A stretch of 64,000 nt of DNA from Methanobacteriota archaeon (GTDB lineage Archaea; Thermoplasmatota; Poseidoniia; Poseidoniales; Thalassarchaeaceae): the NCBI GenBank assembly GCA_019654055.1, contig BPDA01000003.1, positions 161-64,160 of the forward strand, written 5' to 3'. Below, one piece after another: positions 51,868 through 60,728 of the stretch (its first letter is position 1; the number at the start of each line of letters is the position of its first letter). Under the pieces are notes generated by a model. That model was not told where the DNA came from. It worked only from the letters and a program-made list of their open reading frames with translations, and did not search any database. Position numbers and translations under genes: made by a program.

Positions 51868-52365
51868 ATGGCGGCAGGCGAGGTGCTGGACACCGCTGCT
51901 CTAATCGCCTGGCCCCTCGAGAGGATGCGTGGCAGTCTGGTAGTCCCTGGCCAGAGGGTCGAATTGACCCGGATTTCACCCGATCGGGAGATCCTTCTCG
52001 ATGCAGCGGACCTGGAATGGGCATCTCCAGGACCTGATGCGATCGCTCGAGCCAGCGACATCGCAGTCAGCACGGGAGACATGGCTGGACTCTCCCCCGT
52101 TGACCTAGAGCTGTTGGCCTTGGCCGTGGAGAGGGCTGCGACACTAGTGACCGATGACTATCGCCTTCAGAACCTGTGCGAGAAGGGTGGTGTGCCTTGG
52201 CTGTCGGTGACAATGGAGGGAGTCAGGGCGCTGTGGGCGTGGGAGCTGCGCTGCACCGGATGCGGTGCGGTGTTACCTACTCCCGAATCGCCCAACCCGA
52301 GTCGTGAATTGGGCAACTGCGTAGATTGTGGCTCCGAACTAGGACTCAGACGCAAGATGGACTAG
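51868..52365 (+). CDS. Nob1-like PIN-domain endonuclease with C-terminal zinc ribbon
   Basis: VLDTAALIAW (PIN start), LVTDDYRLQNLC, and Cys4 CTGCG...CVDCG. The ORF is open from 51793, but the internal ATG (MAAGEVLDTAAL) is the likely start. Confidence 0.65.
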   Translation: MAAGEVLDTAALIAWPLERMRGSLVVPGQRVELTRISPDREILLDAADLEWASPGPDAIARASDIAVSTGDMAGLSPVDLELLALAVERAATLVTDDYRLQNLCEKGGVPWLSVTMEGVRALWAWELRCTGCGAVLPTPESPNPSRELGNCVDCGSELGLRRKMD

Positions 52366-52575
52366 TCACTCGCTCTCGCTGGAGGCTTCCTCGCTGACCC
52401 CTCCCCTGTCCATGTCTCTCTCGGCTTCGGAGGGGTTCCTGACCTCACTGACTGCCATCTCGTACTCGCCCTTGGCCAATCCGAGGCTGCGGGCCAACTC
52501 GGGTATCTTCTTGGCGCCGAAGAACAGCACCGCGATTCCAATCAGAATCGCCATCTCAGTGGTCCCTACTGCCAT
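52366..52575 (-). CDS. tatA: Sec-independent translocase protein TatA/E
   Basis: 69 aa. EMAILIGIAVLFFGAKKIPELARSLG is the canonical TatA TM-hinge-amphipathic helix. Confidence 0.8.
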   Translation of the reverse strand: MAVGTTEMAILIGIAVLFFGAKKIPELARSLGLAKGEYEMAVSEVRNPSEAERDMDRGGVSEEASSESE

Positions 52576-52630
52576 GCTATCGGCTGTAGGTGAGAGTGTC
52601 CTCGTTCAAATGCTTCGGCTCGGTAGTCCC

Positions 52631-52888
52631 CTAACCACCGGAAACCGGAGGGAGGAATGCCACCTCGGAAGAATCAGCCAGGGGAACCTTCAGGGATGCT
52701 CCTATCTGTCCGTCGATTGCCACTCGGAGACCCGAATCGAGGAATTTCGAGAGTTCGAACCTGTCAATCAACTGCTCGGTCGTGGTCCCGAGCTCGAGGG
52801 CCACCTCAATCTCGCGCTCGCCCAACCTCTCGGCCATGGGACCGAAGAACAGCATCCTGACCTTCACGGCCCTGCCTGAGCCAGCCAT
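52631..52888 (-). CDS. MoaD/ThiS-family ubiquitin-like protein (SAMP-like), C-terminal GG
   Basis: 85 aa with MoaD-like FFGPMAERLGERE and a C-terminus of FLPPVSGG. Confidence 0.7.
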   Translation of the reverse strand: MAGSGRAVKVRMLFFGPMAERLGEREIEVALELGTTTEQLIDRFELSKFLDSGLRVAIDGQIGASLKVPLADSSEVAFLPPVSGG

Positions 52889-52965
52889 GGTGGTGCGAGC
52901 CCAGCCGCTCCCATCAACCCATCTCTCTCGCAGGGACTATACCGCGAGCGCGCCGCGCATGGGCG

Positions 52966-53658
52966 ATGGTAGAGATATCGGCGGTGGTCTTCGACTGCGA
53001 TGGGGTGCTGACCGACAACGGCTCCTCTTGGCAGAACATACACGACAACTTTGGGACAGAGAACCGCGACACCCTGGAGCGCTTCCTAAATCGCGAGATC
53101 AGCGATGATGAGTTCATGGCAGAGGACATACGGCTGTGGACCGCTGTGCAACCACGAATTCATCGCGATGACATCATGCGATGCTACTCAGGAATCACGC
53201 TGATGGCTGGGGCGCGCGATGTCGTGCGCGAACTGCAGAGCAGAGGGATATTCGTGGCCATCGTCTCCGCCGGCGTCGACGTCTTCGTCAGCGCCATAGC
53301 ATCGATGCTCAAGGTGGATGACTGGGTGGCCAACGGCTTCGACTGGGATGAGGAGAGTTGGTTGCGCGGGCCCTCGCCCGCTCTGGTCAACTCGCACGAG
53401 AAGGGTGTGTTGGTCGAGAAGCTCTCTCGGATTGAGGGGATCGAGCCTGAGGGCATCGTCTCGGTGGGAGATTCCAGCACCGACCTCTCGATGATGATTC
53501 CCGGCTCGCGGTTCATCGGCTTCAACCCAGCCCGGCAGAGGGCAGTGGATGCATTCAGGGATGCGGGAGTCCCAATGGTAGAGGGCAACGACCTGCGAGA
53601 CATTTGGGTGCATCTGTTCGACGGTGAGGCGTTTCCAGACTCAGGCGAAGGGGATTGA
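52966..53658 (+). CDS. HAD-superfamily hydrolase (phosphoserine-phosphatase-like subfamily)
   Basis: Motif I VVFDCDGVLTD, motif II VSAG, and the distal GDSSTDLSM. Confidence 0.7.
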   Translation: MVEISAVVFDCDGVLTDNGSSWQNIHDNFGTENRDTLERFLNREISDDEFMAEDIRLWTAVQPRIHRDDIMRCYSGITLMAGARDVVRELQSRGIFVAIVSAGVDVFVSAIASMLKVDDWVANGFDWDEESWLRGPSPALVNSHEKGVLVEKLSRIEGIEPEGIVSVGDSSTDLSMMIPGSRFIGFNPARQRAVDAFRDAGVPMVEGNDLRDIWVHLFDGEAFPDSGEGD

Positions 53659-55257
53659 GGCCGTGGCGTGGGTGTGGAGGTTTACCACCGTCAGAATGCA
53701 TGGCTTGGGCTGGAACCCCAGCATCCTCTGGTAGTCGGTCTGGTCCTGCCAGGTGGAGCTGTGCACCATGGTGGTGCCCTTGTGATTGCCAACGTAGTGC
53801 CCGTGCACGTGACCGGTGACGAAGATGTCCGGCACCGTGGAAATGACCATGCGGTCCTCGGGCTCAGGGGACAGAGGGGTCTTACCGCCCCATGATGGGG
53901 CTAGGTGCCTGCGTTCCATCATCGCCCTCATCGCCAGTTCCGGCGACGAGTAGGTGACCGAGCGAAGCCCCGCCACGAAGTCGTCGATGCTCTTCCCGTG
54001 ATACGACAGCACGCGAACGCCATGCAGGCTGAAGTCGCAGGGGTTCCCGACGAACACGGTGTCCGAGTAGTCCTGCTGCACCTCCGGGTCGAGGGCCGGC
54101 TGCGGCTCTGCAGGACGGACCGCGTCGTGATTGCCAGGCAGGATCATCACATCGACCCAGTCCGGGAGTCCCTCAAGCAGCCTCGCAAGCTCTCCGTACT
54201 GGTTGAACAGGTCCTTGATTGCCAGATGGCGCTCCTGGCCCGGGTAGATTCCGACCCCATCCACTCCATCGCCGCTCAGAACGAAATACTTCACTGTCCG
54301 AGCCAAGGGGTCCGTCCTAAACCACTCGATCATCTTCTCCCATTGTGGGGCGAGGAAGGTCTTGCTGCCCACGTGGACGTCGGACAGGAAGGCAGCTGAG
54401 ACGGCCTCGGACTCGCTGGCTGCGGATTTGGAGTGCCTCCCCAATGGAGCCATGTGGATATCACTCACTACGAAATACGGATCCCTGTTGAGATTGAAGT
54501 GACCGTCGACACCGACCACATCGTCGTTCATCAGGCCATCCAGTGATGCGTGGAAGCTAGAGGCCCCCGTGGGTTCCTTCAGCATGCACCTGACCTGCAT
54601 GGAGTCGTCTTCGATATCGAACCACAGATAACCTCCTTTTGACCACTTATCCACGCTGACCAGCCCTACAAATGTCACTTCGTAGTCCCGACTGGAGTGC
54701 CGCTGCCTATTGCGCCACGCCTCCGAGATGCTGATTGGACGGCGCGGCAGGGCCCTTCCGGCAATCATCATCTGACGTATCTGGCTCAGCCTGTCCGAGA
54801 AGCACGAACGGATGTCTTGCATCTTGCCCTGCGTGGTCGAGCGTCCCGTGATGTCGAAGTGTATCTCAATCTCTGCGTCGACGTCCTTGGCCTGCATCGG
54901 GAAGTCGTCGAGACTGTAATGGTCTAGCCCGTGGCGACGCACAGGTGGTGCGAGCACCTGGGTTCCGACTGGTGCTACGGTCCGACCGATGGCCAAGTGG
55001 CTCTCCGGGTCCGGCAGGGTCGCCTGCTCGGACCTCGGCGTGGTAGAGGCTTCGATGGTATCGTCGGTCGGAACCAAGGTCAGGACCTCATCCACGGTCC
55101 TCTCGCTCAACATGACCACGTTCGACCTCTGGGCGGCCTCGATGAGGGGCGAGATGTCTGAGAGGCCTTGGATTCTCTCTTGCGCGCCCCTGCCGACCAC
55201 GAGGAGTCCCGCAGCGGTCAATTGGCGCTGTATCTCAGCCCATTCGCCATCGGCCAT
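53641..55257 (-). CDS. polB: DNA polymerase II (PolD) small subunit DP1
   Basis: 538 aa. Calcineurin-like phosphoesterase motifs in DP1 order (FLSDVHVGS, LSGDGVDG, ILPGNHD, VTGHVHG) follow an OB-fold region. Confidence 0.85.
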   Translation of the reverse strand: MADGEWAEIQRQLTAAGLLVVGRGAQERIQGLSDISPLIEAAQRSNVVMLSERTVDEVLTLVPTDDTIEASTTPRSEQATLPDPESHLAIGRTVAPVGTQVLAPPVRRHGLDHYSLDDFPMQAKDVDAEIEIHFDITGRSTTQGKMQDIRSCFSDRLSQIRQMMIAGRALPRRPISISEAWRNRQRHSSRDYEVTFVGLVSVDKWSKGGYLWFDIEDDSMQVRCMLKEPTGASSFHASLDGLMNDDVVGVDGHFNLNRDPYFVVSDIHMAPLGRHSKSAASESEAVSAAFLSDVHVGSKTFLAPQWEKMIEWFRTDPLARTVKYFVLSGDGVDGVGIYPGQERHLAIKDLFNQYGELARLLEGLPDWVDVMILPGNHDAVRPAEPQPALDPEVQQDYSDTVFVGNPCDFSLHGVRVLSYHGKSIDDFVAGLRSVTYSSPELAMRAMMERRHLAPSWGGKTPLSPEPEDRMVISTVPDIFVTGHVHGHYVGNHKGTTMVHSSTWQDQTDYQRMLGFQPKPCILTVVNLHTHATASIPFA

Positions 55258-55329
55258 CCTCAGCGGGTGGGCCGGGGACGCTCATGATGATATCGCCGGA
55301 ATTCCCCCGTCGGTGCCATAGGCACCGAT

Positions 55330-56019
55330 TCAGTCGTCCCAGTCTGTTAGTGAGGCGAGGTCCACCTCGGATATCTCTTCTGCCACCGTCTTCTTGCTAC
55401 TTTGCCAACTCATACTACCCTCCCACTCCTCGTCGGAGGGATCGAACTCGGAGGTATCAACCTCAGAGGTCTCGGCCTGCCTCTCGGATGCTTCGGACTC
55501 AGAGGTCTGGCCCCCTTCCACCCTATCGAGGGCCTCGAGCGTGAGTCTGAGGGCGAAGGCTGCGAAGGAACGTTTGTTGTCAAGGCGGTCGTTCTCCCCG
55601 TAGTCCATCCTCCTGACTAGGAAGTAATCCTCGGTTACCACTGCCACGTGAACCCGGCCGACTTCCTTGTCTGGCGTGGACCCCCCTGGGCCGGCGATCC
55701 CGGTTATGGCGATGGCGACGTCTGAGTCCGACTGGTAGCGCGCTCCTCTAGCCATCTGAACTGCGACTTCGTGCGAGACGGCCCCGGCCTCGCCCTCGTC
55801 GAAGGCAGTCTTCTCGACCCCGAGTTCGCGCATCTTCGAGTCGTTGGAGTACACCACCCATCCCTGTTTGAACCACTCGGAGGCACCTGAGATGTCGGTA
55901 ATCAGCGAAGCCAGCAACCCTCCCGTGCACGACTCGGCTGTAGATACCGTCCAGCCACGCTTACGAAGCCGGCGGGTCACCCGGGATGCCAGTCCCGCAG
56001 TCTCTTCGACCACGTTCAC
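55330..56019 (-). CDS. CinA-family nicotinamide-nucleotide amidohydrolase domain protein (PncC-like) with acidic C-terminal tail
   Basis: TVSTAESCTGGLLASLITDISGAS and AIAITGIAGPGG motifs, plus a D/E/S-rich tail of ~70 aa. Confidence 0.8.
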   Translation of the reverse strand: MNVVEETAGLASRVTRRLRKRGWTVSTAESCTGGLLASLITDISGASEWFKQGWVVYSNDSKMRELGVEKTAFDEGEAGAVSHEVAVQMARGARYQSDSDVAIAITGIAGPGGSTPDKEVGRVHVAVVTEDYFLVRRMDYGENDRLDNKRSFAAFALRLTLEALDRVEGGQTSESEASERQAETSEVDTSEFDPSDEEWEGSMSWQSSKKTVAEEISEVDLASLTDWDD

Positions 56020-56072
56020 CGGCCATGGCCGGCACTCTTGAGAGTTTCACTCGGAGAACTGAGGTTCAAGTT

Positions 56073-56148
56073 GGTGGGCCCGACCGGAATTGAACCGGTG
56101 ATCTTCGCTTTGTAAGAGCGACGTCATAACCCCTAGACCACGGGCCCC
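56073..56148 (-). tRNA. tRNA-Val (TAC), CCA encoded
   Basis: Reverse complement GGGCCCGTGGTCTAGGGGTTATGACGTCGCTCTTACAAAGCGAAGATCACCGGTTCAATTCCGGTCGGGCCCACCA, with anticodon loop CTTACAA. Confidence 0.9.
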
Positions 56149-56167
56149 GAGAGGACGAAGAGGGGTT

Positions 56168-57205
56168 GTGTTCAAATCCCCTCCGGCACAATGGAGGTCC
56201 AGAGGGGGTTACGTGGAAGGCATCCAGGACTTGGTCGAACGGCTCAGGGCCGCAGGGGTGCCGGTCGATGAGGGCGTGGCCGAGGCCATGAGGTCAGTAG
56301 ACCCGCGGGACTTCACCGACCATGACACCGAGTTGTTCCTGATGGACAGGCCGGTGCCGTTCTTAGTGACTCAAACCGGGGCGGCCAAGACCATCTCAGC
56401 CCCGCACATGGTCGCGACCCTACTGCACCACCTCGAGATTAGGGAGGGGCAGCACGTCCTCCTGCTCGGCTCCAAGGGTGGGTACCTCGCCTCGCTTCTC
56501 GATTGCATGCTCGGACCGAATGGAGCTGTGACTGTTATCGAACCTCACCCAGAGGTCTTACGGCACACCCGAGATAGGATGGAGGCGCGTGGTTCGATGG
56601 GGCTGTTGAGGGCACTGCCGCCCGATTCGCTCGAGGGTTGGGCGGATTTCAGCAGGCGAGTGGACAGAGTGCTAGTCACCGGGGCCATCAGGATGCTGCC
56701 GCCCGAGGTGGAGGCGCTGGTCGAGGACGGGGGCTTCGCCCTCGGACCGTTTGGAGGCCCGGTCCATCAGAGGCTGCTCAAGAAGGAACGGCAGGGGGAC
56801 GCGTGGTTCGACACCGACCTCGGTGGCGTGGTCTTCGGGCCGATGGACCTCTCCGAGGCCGAGAGGTCGCCATTGGACCCGCTTTCCCTCGCCGAGCACC
56901 TTGAGGACCTTCTAGACCTGATGGCCGAGCTGATTGAGATCGAGGACGAGTCGCTCGATAGGCTGGAGGGACTCATCATCGCTCTCAGAGAGCTACCTGC
57001 CGACCTGCCCATGCTGAGCGAGGACTCCAGCGAGGACGAAATCCTAGAGCACCCAGTGATGGAGCTTCTGATGATGGAGATGGAATGGCTTGGCCCAATG
57101 TGGCCTCTGTTCGGCGATTTCATGTCGGTCGAGATATCCAGCCCAGGATCTCCCGATGACGATGACGACGGTATGATTGGGGGTCACGAGGACCTCGTGC
57201 CCTAG
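56168..57205 (+). CDS. pcm: protein-L-isoaspartate O-methyltransferase-like protein with long acidic C-terminal extension
   Basis: PCMT motifs ISAPHMVATLLHHLEIREGQHVLLLGSKGGY. About 130 extra D/E/L-rich residues. The GTG start is uncertain. Confidence 0.65.
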   Translation: MFKSPPAQWRSRGGYVEGIQDLVERLRAAGVPVDEGVAEAMRSVDPRDFTDHDTELFLMDRPVPFLVTQTGAAKTISAPHMVATLLHHLEIREGQHVLLLGSKGGYLASLLDCMLGPNGAVTVIEPHPEVLRHTRDRMEARGSMGLLRALPPDSLEGWADFSRRVDRVLVTGAIRMLPPEVEALVEDGGFALGPFGGPVHQRLLKKERQGDAWFDTDLGGVVFGPMDLSEAERSPLDPLSLAEHLEDLLDLMAELIEIEDESLDRLEGLIIALRELPADLPMLSEDSSEDEILEHPVMELLMMEMEWLGPMWPLFGDFMSVEISSPGSPDDDDDGMIGGHEDLVP

Positions 57206-57209
57206 ACGG

Positions 57210-57623
57210 CTAATCGCCCATTGCCGGTTGCGATAGTCTCGACAGGGGTATCGAGATTGGTGGGAGGTGGTCGGACAGGAGGTGCCTAGACGTCTTGGGG
57301 GGGAACAGCTCGCCTGACAGCGCTGCTTGGATGACCTCTTCCTTCTCTAGCGAGTCGTATCCGGAATTCGGCCAGACGGCTAGAGTCACCCTGTCGTCTT
57401 CCAGATAGTCGACGAGTACGCACGGCAGGCACAGGAGCTCCATCCTTTCCGCCACCTTGGTCCGGTGGTGACCGTCCAGTATGGTCCCTGTCTTCCCATC
57501 GACCAGGAGGGGTTTGGTGTACGCCCTCCATCGTAGCGTCATCTTCTCGAGGTTGTCGACCCTGTGCTCCTCCACCTGCTCGTGGGGAAGCAGGGTCTCC
57601 AAGGGTACCAACTCGACCTTCAC
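57210..57623 (-). CDS. ParB/sulfiredoxin-fold N-terminal-domain protein
   Basis: 137 aa. LLPHEQVEEHRV...ILDGHHRTKVAE matches the ParB-like nuclease-domain core (D-G-H-H-R). Confidence 0.55.
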   Translation of the reverse strand: MKVELVPLETLLPHEQVEEHRVDNLEKMTLRWRAYTKPLLVDGKTGTILDGHHRTKVAERMELLCLPCVLVDYLEDDRVTLAVWPNSGYDSLEKEEVIQAALSGELFPPKTSRHLLSDHLPPISIPLSRLSQPAMGD

Positions 57624-57696
57624 AAGGAGCCGAAGGGCCGTTGGCCAATATGCCTAACGCCCGAAGCAATCATGGCCGAAATGCCGTCGGCGCAAC

Positions 57697-58935
57697 ATGG
57701 AAGCCGTTGACGATGGCATCGGAGAGGCCGACAGGCTGGTGCTGGAAGGGCTGCGCTCGGCCGGTGATGCGTGGATTGTCGGCGGATGGGTCAGAGAGGC
57801 ACTATGGGGCCGTCACAAAACGGATATGGACATAGCCACCACGTTGCAGCCCAGTGAGGTCAAGGAGCTGTTTCCACGCTCGCTGATGGTGGGTGAGAAG
57901 TACGGTACGGTGATAGTCAGGCTCGACGAGTCAATCTCAGACAATACGTGGGAGGTCACCACGCTGCGCAGCGAAGGTAGTTATGGCGACGGTAGGAGGC
58001 CGGATCAGGTCGAATTTGGGCACAGTATAGAGGACGACTTGGCGCGACGGGACTTCACCATCAATGCGATGGCCATCGACTCGGATGGCGATTTGATAGA
58101 TCCTTTCGGCGGTATCTCTGACCTCGAAGACGGCGTACTGCGTGCAGTAGGAGTGGCTGGAGAGAGATTAGGCGAGGACGGTCTTCGGATAATGAGGGCA
58201 TACAGATTCCTAGATTCCGCTGATGGCATGCGAAGCATGGAAGGGTCGTTGAGGTCCGCTGTGAAGGATAATCTCGAGATGCTGGATGTAGTCTCACGAG
58301 AGAGAATCGGGGTCGAGATGATGAGAATCCTCGGCGGGTGGAATCCGGGAGAGGTGGTCTCGCAGATGCTCGAAGACGGCGTCATGGGGCGGGTCATGCC
58401 AGAAATCGCATGCACCGCCGTGCCGTCGTTCTGCGAGGATTCGATGGTCAATCTCGCTCTGCTCTGCAGCGATGAAACCTCCGAGGGCGACGAGATGGTG
58501 GCCAAGCTTCGAAGCGCCTTGGTCCTGGCCAAGCAGCAACTGCGACAGATGGCCTTCCTGCACGACGCCAGGGACGTTTCTCTGAGTACCGAGGTTGGAG
58601 GGCTTCGCCGCTTCCGAGCGGCCCTCCCTGCGGAATGGAGAAGTGCTTTCACTGCCTATTCGCAGGGACTGGGTAGGGACACCGAGGAGTTCTCCAATGC
58701 CCTAGAGGCACTGAGTCCCCTAATCGCAGGCAACGCACCCTTGGTGGACGGGATTGCACTGGTCGAAGCAACCGGATTGGAGCCTGGGCCGAGGATGGGG
58801 CGTCTGAAGGGGCTGCTGCACCGGATTCAGGTGGAGCGCGACCTCTCGACCTCTGGCGAGGTGCTGTCGGTACTCGACGAGCTGGACTGGAGGGACTCGG
58901 ACTACGAGGGCTGGCCAGCACTGGGTTGGCCCTAG
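57697..58935 (+). CDS. class-II tRNA nucleotidyltransferase/poly(A) polymerase family protein (CCA-adding-enzyme-like, no HD domain)
   Basis: Head-domain motifs in order: IVGGWVREALWG, DMDIAT, LRSEGSYGDGRRPDQVEF, DLARRDFTINAMA, DPFGGISDL, EDGLRIMRAYRF. Confidence 0.7.
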   Translation: MEAVDDGIGEADRLVLEGLRSAGDAWIVGGWVREALWGRHKTDMDIATTLQPSEVKELFPRSLMVGEKYGTVIVRLDESISDNTWEVTTLRSEGSYGDGRRPDQVEFGHSIEDDLARRDFTINAMAIDSDGDLIDPFGGISDLEDGVLRAVGVAGERLGEDGLRIMRAYRFLDSADGMRSMEGSLRSAVKDNLEMLDVVSRERIGVEMMRILGGWNPGEVVSQMLEDGVMGRVMPEIACTAVPSFCEDSMVNLALLCSDETSEGDEMVAKLRSALVLAKQQLRQMAFLHDARDVSLSTEVGGLRRFRAALPAEWRSAFTAYSQGLGRDTEEFSNALEALSPLIAGNAPLVDGIALVEATGLEPGPRMGRLKGLLHRIQVERDLSTSGEVLSVLDELDWRDSDYEGWPALGWP

Positions 58936-59429
58936 GGCAGCTCGTTCAGCATCTCGATGTACTCTTCCTGATCTAGGTACTGGTCCTCATCGAACTCGTG
59001 CGGCTGCACAATCACGCACCAGCCGTCTCCGTAGGCATCGTCGTTGAGCAAATCGGGGTTGTCCTCGACCTCCCCATTCAACTCCGAAATCTTGCAGGGG
59101 AACGGGGAGTTAATCAGCAGGGTCTCAATCTCTCCCTCGAAACTGGTGGTCAATGTAATCAGCAGATCCTCAGCCCCGACCTCGTCGCCGCTACCCATGA
59201 TTCTGATGGCGTCATCGTCACCGGAATCGGACTCGGCCTTGAACTCGCTGTCATCCTCGGGGCGGGTGAGCACCACTCTCACGATTTCACCGTACTCGGC
59301 ACGGACGAACTCGCTGATTCCAATCTTCACAGATTCCGCCTTGTCGTCCAAGGCCTGGAGCCACAAATGCTCGAGAGTGTACTTGCGATCATGAGCTATG
59401 CTGAACTCCGAGTAGTCGCCGTTTGCCAT
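58932..59429 (-). CDS. GcvH-like protein lacking the lipoyl-lysine, with acidic insertion
   Basis: YTLEHLWL...IGISEFVRAEYGEIVRV and SPFPCKISELNGEVEDNPDLLNDDAYGDGW align with GcvH. The E-S-V-K position reads E-G-E-I. Contains a ~35-aa D/E/S insert. Confidence 0.6.
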   Translation of the reverse strand: MANGDYSEFSIAHDRKYTLEHLWLQALDDKAESVKIGISEFVRAEYGEIVRVVLTRPEDDSEFKAESDSGDDDAIRIMGSGDEVGAEDLLITLTTSFEGEIETLLINSPFPCKISELNGEVEDNPDLLNDDAYGDGWCVIVQPHEFDEDQYLDQEEYIEMLNELP

Positions 59430-59542
59430 GTTATACCGAACCGCGCGCTCAGATGTTCAATTTGAACTATTCGATTTAGACACCTTGCCGATGGCCACGA
59501 TGGATTAACAAAGAAACCCGCCTCGGTCGCACGGGGAGAGCC

Positions 59543-60721
59543 GTGGATTTCAGTGAGACCGAGGAACAGGGGATGATTCGCGAAATGGTACGGGATTTCG
59601 CCGAGAGCGTGCTCGCTCCGACCTGCTTGGAGCGTGACAGGGCGCAGCAGGCCCCCCTCGATGAATGGGCGGCGTTCTGCGAGCAGTCCGGACTGCAGGG
59701 CATCACGATTCCCGAAAATTATGGGGGCAGTCCCGTCGACGACGTCTCCGAGGCCATAATCGTCGAGGAGCTCGCCCGCGTCGACCCCTCGTTCTCGGTG
59801 ATGTATTGCGTCCACGTCGGACTGTGCTCGAAGACAATAGCACTGAACGGCAACGACCAGCAGAAGCAAGAGTACCTATCGAGACTAGCCGGGAACGAGA
59901 TCGGCGCGTATTCGCTGTCGGAGGCAGGTGCGGGCACTGACGCTGCCGCACTCGGTTGCAAGGCAAAACTGAGTGAAGATGGCAGCCACTACGTCCTCAA
60001 CGGCGAGAAGATGTGGGTGACCAACGGTGCGAGTGCCGATATCTACGTGCTTTTTGCCAAGGATGTGGACCATCCGGAGTACGGCCAGAAGAAGCACGGT
60101 GGGACCACCGCGTTCATCGTCGAGAGGGGTTTCGAGGGGTTCTCCGTCGGTAAGAAGGAGGATAAACTTGGAATACGCTCGAGCGATACCTGCTCTCTGT
60201 TGCTTGAAGACTGCAAGGTCCCTGCGGAGAACGTTTTGGGGGGATCCGGTGAGGGCTTTCCGATAGCCATGAACGCACTGGACAACTCAAGGATAGGTAT
60301 CGCCGCTCAGGCCCTAGGCATCTCCCAAGGGGCATACGAGTCGGCGCTGAACTACGCGCACGAGCGAATCGCCTTTGGGAAGCCAATCGCGCACCACCAG
60401 AGCATTGGCAACTACCTCGCCGACATGGCCACCCGGACGGAAGCTGCGAGGATGATGGTCTACAAGGCGGCCTGGGCCAAACAGAGGCACTACGAGGATG
60501 GAGCGCCCAGACACACCAAGGAGGCGAGTATGGCCAAGTTGTTCGCCGGCGATACCGCGATGTGGGTGTCCGAGAGGGCGGTTCAGGTCCTAGGAGGATA
60601 CGGCTACACCACCGACTTCCCCGTCGAGCGCTTCTTCCGCGATGCCAAGATAACGCAGATTTACGAAGGCACCCAAGAGGTGCAGAGAATCGTCATCAAC
60701 CGCTCGATATCGCCAGAGTAG
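59543..60721 (+). CDS. acyl-CoA dehydrogenase (short/medium-chain type)
   Basis: 392 aa with ACAD motifs (GAYSLSEAGAGTDAAA, KMWVTNG, QVLGGYGYTTDFPVERFFRDAKITQIYEGT). Confidence 0.9.
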   Translation: MDFSETEEQGMIREMVRDFAESVLAPTCLERDRAQQAPLDEWAAFCEQSGLQGITIPENYGGSPVDDVSEAIIVEELARVDPSFSVMYCVHVGLCSKTIALNGNDQQKQEYLSRLAGNEIGAYSLSEAGAGTDAAALGCKAKLSEDGSHYVLNGEKMWVTNGASADIYVLFAKDVDHPEYGQKKHGGTTAFIVERGFEGFSVGKKEDKLGIRSSDTCSLLLEDCKVPAENVLGGSGEGFPIAMNALDNSRIGIAAQALGISQGAYESALNYAHERIAFGKPIAHHQSIGNYLADMATRTEAARMMVYKAAWAKQRHYEDGAPRHTKEASMAKLFAGDTAMWVSERAVQVLGGYGYTTDFPVERFFRDAKITQIYEGTQEVQRIVINRSISPE

Positions 60722-60728
60722 TGGTCGT

